DNA of 64,000 nt. It comes from Squalus acanthias (lineage: Eukaryota). The stretch's first letter is position 1. Each line of letters begins with the position of its first letter. Below are positions 1-9,600 of this stretch, in pieces. The stretch spans positions 59,274,001 through 59,338,000 of the forward strand of contig CM059438.1 in NCBI GenBank assembly GCA_030390025.1. Reading direction: 5' to 3'. Under the pieces are notes generated by a model. The model ran no database searches and was not told the origin of the DNA. It saw nothing but the letters and a program-made list of their open reading frames with translations. Both the position numbers and the translations under genes were made by a program.

Positions 1-605
1 GGTGCATCGCGTGCGCGCTACAGGCTGCGCGCACGCTGTGCACTTCATGCTTTGGACGCGCAGGTAAGTACTGAAGATTTTAGAAATGTAAAAAGGAGGA
101 GTAAGACCCACTTTTAAGAAGGTAAGTAGTGAATTAAGTATTTTTTTGAATTTTTTTTAACAGGTATATCTTTTTTAGAGACTTTAAAGACAGGTAAGTT
201 TATTTTTATAACTTTTTAAAAGATTTTAAATTTTTTCAAAAATTTAATTTTTTATTTAAAATGGTTAATTTAATTAACTATACTTATTTTATTAATGTGA
301 TGGTTTTTAAAAAAAATTTAATTGAGGTTTAGCTGTTATTTTGGGGGGGTGTAAGATTCATAGATTTCACAGCATGTTTGTGAAACTTATGAATGGAAGA
401 TGGTGTGCTGCCATTGGCTCTAACTGAGTCACGTGATCCCACAGCTCGCACGAATTCACTACGCCGCTGGGATACGCAAGCACTGCCCAGCTGATGTCTG
501 GAACATCAAGTTCGTGCGAGCTGGATCTGAAAAAGCACAAGCGAGGTGAGAGATCGCGGGGAAGCCTTACCCCCGCGGGAACAGAGCGAGATCAATTTCT
601 GGGCC
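1..605. mobile_element. Probable non-autonomous DNA transposon (MITE-like) fragment, left end outside the window
   Basis: GC-rich/AT-rich/GC-rich layout, internal hairpins (GCGTGCGCGC 9-18 / GCGCGCACGC 27-36; ATTCATA..TTTCACA / TGTGAAA..TATGAAT 356-394) and a terminus-like CAATTTCTGGGCC at 593-605. Assignment is by resemblance only. Confidence 0.4.
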
Positions 606-1006
606 AATGACATTCAAATCCAATGTGGCCATGGCCCCTTTAAAGATCCCGGCTGAAAACGTGTCATCGATGACGTCACCAGACCCGCACCATTTAATTA
701 GGTCAGGTAATGCGATGGGTGGGCTTAATAGGCCCCTTTAAGGGAAAGTCATTTTCAGCAGCAAGATGGAGCTAGCAGCAGGGTCGCGACCCACAATGGC
801 CACCGCCCGCACCCGAGCCGCCCAGGTAGGCAAAATTCCGGCCCATTTCATCTGTCTTGCTGATTTTGGCTGTGGGACCAATGGCGGCCAGGCTGCCAGA
901 CGAGAAAGCCTACGTTTCATGTTGGCAGCGGGAGACGGAGAGGAGGGAGGGAGGATTCCAAACCTCTCCCGCCCGACACGGTGGTGGGGGGGGTTAAAAT
1001 TCCCCC
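606..1006. mobile_element. Two further MITE-like right-end fragments
   Basis: GC-rich segments ending in related motifs AAAATTCCGGCCC (832-844) and AAAATTCCCCC (996-1006); no partner left ends in the window. Confidence 0.3.
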
Positions 1007-1300
1007 ACAGAATCTCCAAAAATCAATACCTTTTTATTCGACACTATCAGTAAGATTGGCAAATTAGCTGGAGGTTCCGATTTTAGTTGGGTGAAAGGAG
1101 ACTGAGGATGCATCAGAGACGCAGGGATTGCAATGGGGAGGGAGCTCACGAAGCTGAAGTGAGCTCGAGGCTGGGAGCGGTTTGACACAGTGCTCCAGGC
1201 TCAAGCCTCCTGGTATTACACAGAAAGACCTGGGTTTCTATAGCGCTTTCTCACATCCCTCAGCAATAAGCCAAAGTAACACGCAACCCTTTCAATACGC

Positions 1301-2153
1301 TCCAGCCTGTAACTCACTCCCGGGTATCTGTTATTCTATATAAAACCCCCTGAATCCCTTAATTAGATTCCAGCCTGTAACTCACTCCCGGGTATCTGTT
1401 ATTCTATATATAAACCCCCTGAATCCCTTAATTAGATTCCAGCCTGTAACTCACTCCCGGGTATCTGTAATTCTATATATAAACCACCTGAATCCCTTAA
1501 TTAGATTCCAGCCTGTAACTCACTCCCGGGTATCTGTTATTCTATATATAAACCACCTGAACCCCTCGATTAGATTCCAGCCTGTAACTCACTCCAGGAT
1601 ACGATTATTCTATATATAAACCCCCAAACCCCTCAATTAGATTCCAGTCTGTAACACACTCCCGGGTATCTGTTTATCTATATATAAACCCCCCGAACCC
1701 CTCGATTAGATTCCAGCCTGTAACGCACTCCCGGGTATCTGTTATTCTATATATAAACCACCCCAATCCCTCGTTTAGATTCCAGCCTGTAACTCACTCT
1801 CGGGTATCTGTTACTCTATATATAAACCCCCCGAATCCCTCAATTAGATTCCAGCCTGTAACTCACTCTCGGGTATCAGTTATTCTATATATAAACCCCC
1901 CCGAATCCCTCAATTAGATTCCAGCCTGTAACTCACTCGCGGGTATCAGTTATTCTATATATAAACCCCCCGAATCCCTCAATTAGAATCCGTCCTGTAA
2001 CTCACTCCCGGGTATCTGTTATTCGATATATAAACCACCCGAATTCCTCGATTAGATTCCATCCTGTAACTCACTCTCGGGTATCTGTTATTCGATATAT
2101 AAACCCCCCAAGCCCCTCGATTAGATTCTGTCCTGTAACTCACTTCCGGGTAT
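1301..2153. repeat. 69-bp tandem repeat, ~12 copies
   Basis: Unit CCAGCCTGTAACTCACTCCCGGGTATCTGTTATTCTATATATAAACCCCCTGAATCCCTTAATTAGATT; CCAGCC recurs at 1302, 1370, 1439, 1508. Confidence 0.97.
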
Positions 2154-2517
2154 CCATATGCATAGAACTGGGTGAATCTGATAAACAGAGTGACAACGGG
2201 AATTTGAGAGTGGGAATTAGGTGCAGGGGGAAGGTGGTGCTGAGTGCTTTAAACTAGGGGACAACAGTAAATAAGTAAATAATCGCACTGGAGGAAATAG
2301 AAAAGGTAACGTCATAATCAGTGCACAGAGAGGAGCATCAGAAACCGAGGAAGTGAAGATAATTATCTAGATATCCCTTTGTGTTCAGTACCTTTAGTGG
2401 TTAGTGTTAAGCTTGAGTTAGTAAAGATTTAATATTAGTGTAAGTCAAAGGAAAACGAGCTAAGTGATTAAATTCTAACATTTAAAGACACTAATAACTG
2501 ACAAATAGCTAAGTAAT

Positions 2518-2960
2518 TAATCACAGTAACTAAGTGCTAATTTATTTAACATCAAGCTAAATCGATCCATTTAATAAATCTAGACCTCAAGCGACCAATT
2601 AGTTCAAGAAATAAACTACAGCTAATTATTTAATTAATGATGTGGAGATGCTGGTGTTGGACTGGGGTGGACAAATGTGAGAAGTCGCACAACACCAGGT
2701 TATAGTCCAACAGTTTTATTTGAAATCACAAGCTTTCGGAGCGCTGCTCCTGAAGGAGCAGCGCTCCGAAAGCTTGTGATTTCAAATAAAGCTGTTGGAC
2801 TATAACCTGGTGTTGTGCGACTTCTCATATTTAATTAATGGCAGTGTGTTGGGATTGTAGCATGTGGGAGTTTGTGGACAATGAGACTGTCCCAAACTGC
2901 CACATCTGCAAGAAATGTCTCTTCCTCAAGACATTCCGACTCAGAGTTGTTTAGCTGGTG
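2518..2960 (+). repeat. Copy 1 of a 242-bp direct duplication (CR1 5'UTR/ORF1 start), interrupted by the palindromic insertion
   Basis: Matches 4594-4835 with three substitutions seen by eye once the 188-bp insert and one 13-bp TSD are removed. Confidence 0.95.
2640..2827. mobile_element. Palindromic Penelope-like (PLE) terminal-repeat insertion with 13-bp TSD
   Basis: 74-bp inverted arms 2678-2751 / 2754-2827 with one mismatch, plus a 38-bp unpaired tail 2640-2677; TATTTAATTAATG at 2627-2639 and 2828-2840; partial hammerhead motif GGAGC-AGC-GCTCC-GAAA-GCTT. PLE identity is from recognition. Confidence 0.85.
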
Positions 2961-3129
2961 GCAGCTTTTTCTATTGGTGTTTGCAAAGTGACAGGACCTC
3001 CTCTTTAACTGATTCTCTCCCTCCTGTTGTGTGCTAGCTTCTCCTGCAAGAAGAGTGGAAGTGGGTTAATATGTGCCCTAGGCAAGAGCTTTCAACATGT
3101 ATGAGCCAGTTTACCATAGTGTGCATGAT

Positions 3130-3272
3130 AACGACAAAATTTGACACCGAGCCAGATAAAGACATATTAGGACAGGTGACCTAAAGCTTGGTCAAAGAGG
3201 TAGGTTTAAAGGCGCGTCTTAAAGGTGGAAAGGGAGGTATAGAGGTGGAGATGCTTTGGGAGGGAATTCCAG
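3130..3272 (-). mobile_element. L2-clade LINE 3' fragment
   Basis: Similar to 39247-39358 (AAAATTTGACACC..GTCTTAAAGG..GGGAGGGAATTCCAGA), which adjoins L2 ORF2 sequence. Confidence 0.7.
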
Positions 3273-3807
3273 ACGAAGCAGCAAGTTAGGCTAAGGTGGA
3301 TAAGTAGTTGCAAGGTTAGTAGCAGCTTTTGAGGGTGTGAGTGTAAGCAGAAACGAGGTGTTCCCTGCTGAACAGCAAGCAGGGAAGGGAAGGATTGATG
3401 ATACTGAGGCAAAGGTAGAGTCCTTGAAGGGCTGTGCAGAAAAAGAAACCGCAAATGCATCAGCTTCATTTGGTGACCACCTCGCCCTGCTTTCAAGCTA
3501 TAGTTTGTGATCTAACAGCAAATCAGGCAACTAAGTTGAGTGAAGCAATTAAGGGGGAGGGCATGAGTGGACAACTACCTGCTCCCCTTTATTACCAATT
3601 GGTATTCGAGATTTCAGTATCAAACAGTGGTTGCCATGCAAAGAAAGGAGGTATTTTTAGTGACTTTGGACTCTCCATGTCCTTCAGCCCTGATTCAAAG
3701 GAACCGTTTTGTCACAAACTGTCTTTTAGTCAATGGATATCTCTAAGGTCCCCTTAGAATTAGAATAAGGAGCATCTACCCTGTTACTCCAATATCTCAC
3801 ACAGAAG

Positions 3808-4392
3808 CATAGAATCAAAGAATGGTTACAGCACAGAAGGAGGCCATTTGGCCCGTCGAGCCTGTGCCGGCTCTCTGCAAGAGCACTTCAGCTAGTCCCA
3901 CTCCCCCACCCTTTTCCCGTAGCCCTGCAAATATTTTTCCTTCAGGTACTTATCCAATTCCCTTTTGAAAGCCACGATTGAATCTGCCTCCACCACCCTT
4001 TCAGGCAATGCATTCCAGATCCTAACTACTCGCTGTAAATGTCGCCTATGGTTCTTCTGCCAGTCACCTTAAATCTGTGTCCTCTGGTTCTCAACCCTTC
4101 TGCCAATAGGTACAGTTTCTCTCTATCTACTCTGTCTAGACCCCTCATGATTTTGAACACCTCTATCAAATCTCCTCTCCACCTTCTCTGCTCTAAGGAG
4201 AACAACCCCAGCTTCTCCAGTCGATCCTCATAACTGAAGTCCCTCATCCCTGGAACCATTCTTGTAAATCTTTTCTGCACCCTCTCTAAGGCCTTCACAT
4301 CCTTCCTAAAGTACGGTGCCCAGAACTGGACACAATACTCCAGTTGAGGCCGAACCAGTGTTTTATAAAGGTTCATCATAACTTCCTTATGC
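3808..4392 (-). mobile_element. 5'-truncated CR1 LINE (ORF2 C-terminus and 3' tail)
   Basis: ORF 4026-4397(-) [47 protein letters not shown]; tail repeat CATAGAATCAAAGAAT at ~3808. Confidence 0.93.
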
Positions 4393-4593
4393 TTCACGTG
4401 CTTACACTCAAGCTATTACCACTTCAGTTTCTTGTGGTATCTGGAGAATGCCGGAATGTAGGAAGTGACTTCCTTTGATGGCCACTCTTCATTCTTCATA
4501 CCAATATCTCATTCAATCAGTACCTCCGTTACCTTTTGCGAATGTATACTGTACAGGATTTTTAATTGTTAATGCTACTTCTGTGTTTCTGTG

Positions 4594-4835
4594 TAATCAC
4601 AGTAACTAAGTGCTAATTTATTTAACATCAAGCTAAATCGATCCATTTAATAAATCTAGACCTCAAGCGACCAATTAGTTCAAGAAATAAACTACAGATA
4701 ATTATTTAATTAATGGCAGTGTGTTGGGATTGTAGCACGTGGGAGTTTGTGGACAATGAGACTGTCCCAAACTGCCACATCTGCAAGAAATGTCTCTTCC
4801 TCAAGACATTCCGACTCAGAGTTGTTGAGCTGGTG
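4594..4835 (+). repeat. Copy 2 of the 242-bp duplication, carrying the empty insertion site
   Basis: Single TATTTAATTAATG at 4703-4715, with the same flanks as the filled site at 2627-2840. Confidence 0.95.
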
Positions 4836-6346
4836 TCTGACATAGACAGTCCGACACAAGGGAGGAGGAGGAATTACTGGGTAATTTACTCCAGAGTACC
4901 TTCACACACCAGGGGAAAGCCCAGGTGCAGGAAGGGGCGCTGTGACGGTCAGTCAGCTGGGTAAGGGGAACGTAGGAGAGGTAGTGAAGGAGGTCCAGCA
5001 GACACTGTTCCTGTCCAACAGGTACAAAGTACTCGATACCTGTGAGGGTAAGGAGATCTTAAGACTATGGGCAGGGCAGCCAGAGTGCTGACTAAGGCAC
5101 CATGGCACATTCAAAAGGCCTTCGATAAGGTCCCACATGGTAGGCTCATGGCAAAGGTTGGGGCATGTCGAGTCAGGGGACAAATAGCTGGATGGATAGA
5201 AAATTGGCTAAAAAATTAGAAAGCAGAGTTATTCAGATTGGAGGAAGGTAGAAGGTGGTGTTCCACAAGGATCAGTGGTGCGACCATTTACATTAATGAT
5301 TTGGACTTCAGAACAAGTAACTCAATATCAAAATTTACAGATGATAAACTTTAACATAGATAAATGTGAGGTGATGCACTTTGAAAGATAGAAACATCAC
5401 CTACACCTTAGAAAATAATAAAACTGAAAGGGATAGAAGAGCAAAGGGATCTAGGGATACAAGTGAACAAATCATTAAAAGCAGCATCGCAGGTCAGAAA
5501 AGCATCTAAAAATTCTAACAAAGTACTGGGATTTATTTCTAGGGGTCTAGAATTCAAAAGTAATGAAGTTATGTTAAACTTGTATAGGACCCTGGTCAGG
5601 CCACACTTGCATAGTTCTGGTCTCCAGATTATAAAAAGGACAATCAAGCACTGGAGAAAGTGCAAAAAAGATTTACAAAGATGGTACCAGAACTGAGAGA
5701 TTACAGCTATCGAACAGATTGAACTGAAAGAGAAAATAGAAAAGAGAATACTTAGCGGTGACCTGATAGAGGTTTTTAAAATTATGAATGAGTAGGACAG
5801 GGTAGATGTGAAGTGAATGAAACTAGGAGCCATAAATACAAGATAGTTACTAATCCAATAAGGAAATAAGGAGAAATTTCTTTACTCAGTGTGTGGTTAG
5901 AATGTGGAACTCGCTACCAGATGAAGTGGTTGAGGCAAATATCTTAGACGCTTTCATAAGGAAACTCAATGAGTACACGAGAGAAAAGGGAATATGCTGA
6001 AAGGCTGAAATGAGGCAGATGGAATGGGAGGAACCTCATGTGGAGTATAAACACCAGCACAGAATAGTTGGGTCAAATGGTCTGTTTCTGTGCTGTATAT
6101 TCTGTGTAATTCTGTATGTAAACTGCCCGAAACTCCTCGATTAGATTCTAGCCTGTACCTCACTCTCGGGTGTCTGTTGTTCTATATATAAACCACCCAA
6201 ACTCCTCGATTAGATTCTAGCCTGTACCTCACTCTCGGGTGTCTGTTGTTCTATATATATGATGCGTAGATGCCGGTGTTGGACTGGGGTGGACAAAAAT
6301 GAGAAGTCCACAACACCAGGTTATAGTCCAACAGATTTATTTAAAA

Positions 6347-6386
6347 TTACGAGCTTTCGGGGCTATCCTGCCCCTTCTTCAGGAAG
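6347..6386 (-). ncRNA. Second minimal hammerhead motif (5' half of stem I imperfect)
   Basis: Minus strand reads CTTC-CTGAAGA-A-GGGGC-AGGATA-GCCCC-GAAA-GCTC-GTAA. Confidence 0.65.
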
Positions 6387-6392
6387 GTACCT

Positions 6393-6430
6393 TTACCTGA
6401 CGAAGGGGCAACAGCTCCGAAAGCTCGTAA
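6393..6430 (+). ncRNA. Minimal type I hammerhead ribozyme motif
   Basis: Stem I TTAC(6393-96)/GTAA(6427-30); core CTGACGA (6397-6403); stem II GGGGC-AACA-GCTCC; GAAA (6419-22); palindromic AGCT in place of stem III; predicted cleavage 3' of C6426. Confidence 0.8.
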
Positions 6431-6645
6431 TTTTAAATAAATCTGTTGGACTATAACCTGGTGTTGTGCGACTTCTCATTTTTGTTCTATATATAAACCA
6501 CACAAACTCCTCGATTAGATTCTAGCCTGCAACTCACTCCTGGGTATCAGTTATTCTAAATATAAACCACCCAAACTCCTTGATTAGTTTCCAGCCAGTA
6601 ACTCACTCCTGAGTTAATATACCAAACGAATGGGGTTTGTTGCCA

Positions 6646-9600
6646 GAGTTAGGATATCAGAGGGATGGGTTGTGATGGGAGAGTTAGGGTACCAGAGGGA
6701 TGGGTTGTGATGGGAGAGTTAGGGTACCTGAGGGATGGGCTGTGATGGGAGAGTTAGGGTACCAGAGGGATGGGCTGTGATGGGGAGTTAGGGTATTGGG
6801 GATAGGCTGTGATGGGGAGTTAGGGTATTGGGGATGGGCTGTGATGGGGAGTTAGGGTATTGGGGATGGGCTGTGATGGGGAGTTAGGGTATTGGGGATG
6901 GGCTGTGATGGGGAGTTAGGGTATTGGGGATGGGCTGTGATGCGGAGTTAGGGTATTGGGGATGGGCTGTGATGGGGAGTTAGGGTATTGGGGATGGGCT
7001 GTGATGGGGGGTTAGGGTATTGCCGATGGGCTGTGATGGGGAGTTAGGGTATTGGGGATGGGCTGTGATGGGGAGTTAGGGTATTGGGGATGGGCTGTGA
7101 TGGGGGGTTAGGGTATTGCCGATGGGCTGTGATGGGGAGTTAGGGTATTGGGGATGGGCTGTGATGGGGAGTTAGGGTATTGGGGATGGGCTGTGATGGG
7201 GCGTTAGGGTATTGGGGATGGGCTGTGATGGGGAGTTAGGGTATTGGGGATGGGCTGTGATGGGGGGTTAGGGTATTGGGGATAGGCTGTGATGGGGAGT
7301 TAGGGTATTGGGGATGGGCTGTGATGGGGAGTTAGGGTATTGGGGATGGGCTGTGATGGGGAGTTAGGGTATTGGGGATGGGCTGTGATGGGGAGTTAGG
7401 GTATTGGGGATGGGCTGTGATGGGGGTTAGGGTATTGGGGATGGGCTGTGATGGGGAGTTAGGGTATTGGGGATGGGCTGTGATGGGGGGTTTGGGTATT
7501 GGGGATGGGCTGTGATGGGGAGTTGGGGTATTGGGGATGGGCTGTGATGGGAGTTAGGGTATTGGGGATGGGCTGTGATGGGGGTTAGGGTATTGGGGAT
7601 GGGCTGTGATGGGGGTTAGGGTATTGGGGATGGGCTGTGATGGGGAGTTAGGGTATTGGGGATGGGCTGTGATGGGGAGTTAGGGTATTGGGGATGGGCT
7701 GTGCTGGGGAGTTAGGGTGTTGGGGATGGGCTATGATGGGGGTTAGGGTATTGGCGATCGGCTGTGCTGGGGAGTTAGGGTATTGGGGATGGGCTGTGAT
7801 GGGGAGTTAGGGTATTGGGGATGGGCTGTGATGGGGAGTTAGGGTATTGGGGATGGGATGTGATGGGGAGTTAGGGTATTGGCGATGGGCTGTGATGGGG
7901 AGATAGGGTATTGGGGATGGGCTGTGATGGGGAGTTAGGGTATTGGGGATGGACTGTGATGGGGAGTTAGTGTATTGGCGATGGGCTGTGATGGGGAGTT
8001 AGGGTATTGGGGATGGGCTGTGATGGGGAGTTAGGGTATTGGCGATGGGCTGTGATGGGGGTTAGGGTATTGGCGATGGGCTGTGATGGGGAGTTAGGGT
8101 ATTGGGGATGGGCTGTGATGGGGAGTTAGGGTATTGGGGATGGGCTGTGATGGGGAGTTAGGGTATTGGGGATGGGCTGTGATGGGTAGTTAGGGTATTG
8201 GGGATGGGCTGTGATGGGGAGTTAGGGTATTGGCGATGGACTGTGATGGGGAGTTAGGGTATTGGGGATGGGCTGTGATGGGGAGTTAGGGTATTGGCGA
8301 TGGGCTGTGATGGGGAGTTAGTGTATTGGGGATGGGCTGTGATGGGGAGTTAGGGTATTGGGGATGGGCTGTGATGGGGAGTTAGGGTATTGACGATGGG
8401 CTGTGATGGGGAGTTAGGGTATTGACGATGGGCTGTGATGGGGAGTTAGGGTATTGGCGATGGGCTGTGATGGGGAGTTAGGGTATTGGGGATGGGCTGT
8501 GATGGGGAGTTAGGGTATTGACGATGGACTGTGATGGGGAGTTAGGATATTGGGGATGGGCTGTGATGGGGAGTTAGGGTATTGGGGATGGGCTGTGATG
8601 GGGGTTAGGGTATTGGGGATGGGCTGTGATGGGGGGTTAGGGTACCAGTGGGATGGGCTGTGATGGGGGGTTAGGGTATTGGGGATGGGCTGTGATGGGG
8701 AGTTAGGGTATTGGGGATGGGCTGTGATGGGGAGTTAGGGTATTGGGGGTGGGCTATGATGGGGAGTTAGGGTATTGGGGATGGACTGTGATGGGGGGTT
8801 AGGGTATTGGCGATGGGCTGTGATGGGGAGTTAGGGTATTGGGGATGGGCTGTGATGGGGAGTTAGGGTATTGGGGATGGGCTGTGATGGGGAGTTAGGG
8901 TATTGGGGATGGGCTGCGATGGGGAGTTAGGGTATTGGCGATGGGCTGTGATGCGGGGTTAGGGTATTGGGGATGGGCTGTGATGGGGAGTTAGGGTATT
9001 GGGGATGGGCCGTGATGGGGAGTTAGGGTATTGGGGATGGGCTGTGATGGGGGGTTAGGGTATTGGGGATGGGCTGTGATGGGGAGTTGGGGTATTGGGG
9101 ATGGACTGTGATGGGGGGTTAGGGTATATGGGATGGGCTGTGATGGGGAGTTAGGGTATTGGGGATGGGCTGTGATGGGGAGTTAGGGTATTGGGGATTG
9201 GCTGTGATGGGGAGTTAGGGTATTGGGGATGGGCTGTGATGGGGAGTTAGGGTATTGGGATGGGCTGTGATGGGGAGTTATGGTATTGGGGATGGGCTGT
9301 GATGGGGAGTTAGGGTATTGGGGATGGGCTGTGATGGGGAGTTAGGGTATTGGGGATGGGCTGTGATGGGGGTTAGGGTATTGGCGATGGGCTGTGATGG
9401 GGAGTTAGGGTATTGGGGATGGGCTGTGATGGGGAGTTAGGGTATTGGGGATGGGCTGTGATGGGGAGTTAGGGTATTGGGGATGGGCTGTGATGGGGAG
9501 TTAGGGTATTGGGGATGGGCTGTGATGGGGAGTTAGGGTATTGGGGATGGGCTGTGATGGGGAGTTAGGGTATTGGGGATGGGCTGTGATGGGGAGTTAG

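Larger units (their letters stand above)
2155..6118 (+). mobile_element. Old, internally deleted CR1-clade LINE with nested insertions, splitting the 69-bp array
   Basis: ORF1 N-terminal Cys motif (MAVCWDCSTWEF..CHICKKC..LRVVEL, 4713-4964), SNRYKVL near 5015-5035, RT remnants (QKAFDKVPH ~5113-5140, [10 protein letters not shown] ~5580-5610) and a CR1-type 3' tail at ~6040-6118. The 5' boundary is inferred from where the array stops. Confidence 0.7.
6260..6481. mobile_element. Second palindromic Penelope-like insertion with 14-bp TSD
   Basis: ~96-bp inverted arms (6293-6388 / 6389-6485) centred on AAGGTACCTT; same unpaired tail as 2640-2677; TTGTTCTATATATA at 6246-6259 and 6482-6495. Confidence 0.85.
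6110..6612. repeat. Continuation of the 69-bp tandem repeat (~4 more diverged copies), interrupted by the second palindromic insertion
   Basis: CTCGATTAGATTCTAGCCTGTACCTCACTCTCGGGTGTCTGTTGTTCTATATATAAACC units. Confidence 0.93.

Noticed and set aside
738..1188. Short overlapping ORFs
   Set aside because: No recognisable motifs; they lie in GC-rich repeat-like DNA.
2749..2778. Intact hammerhead in the first palindromic element
   Set aside because: The core reads CTGA-AGGAGC, lacking the NGA of CTGANGA, and has no stem I partner.
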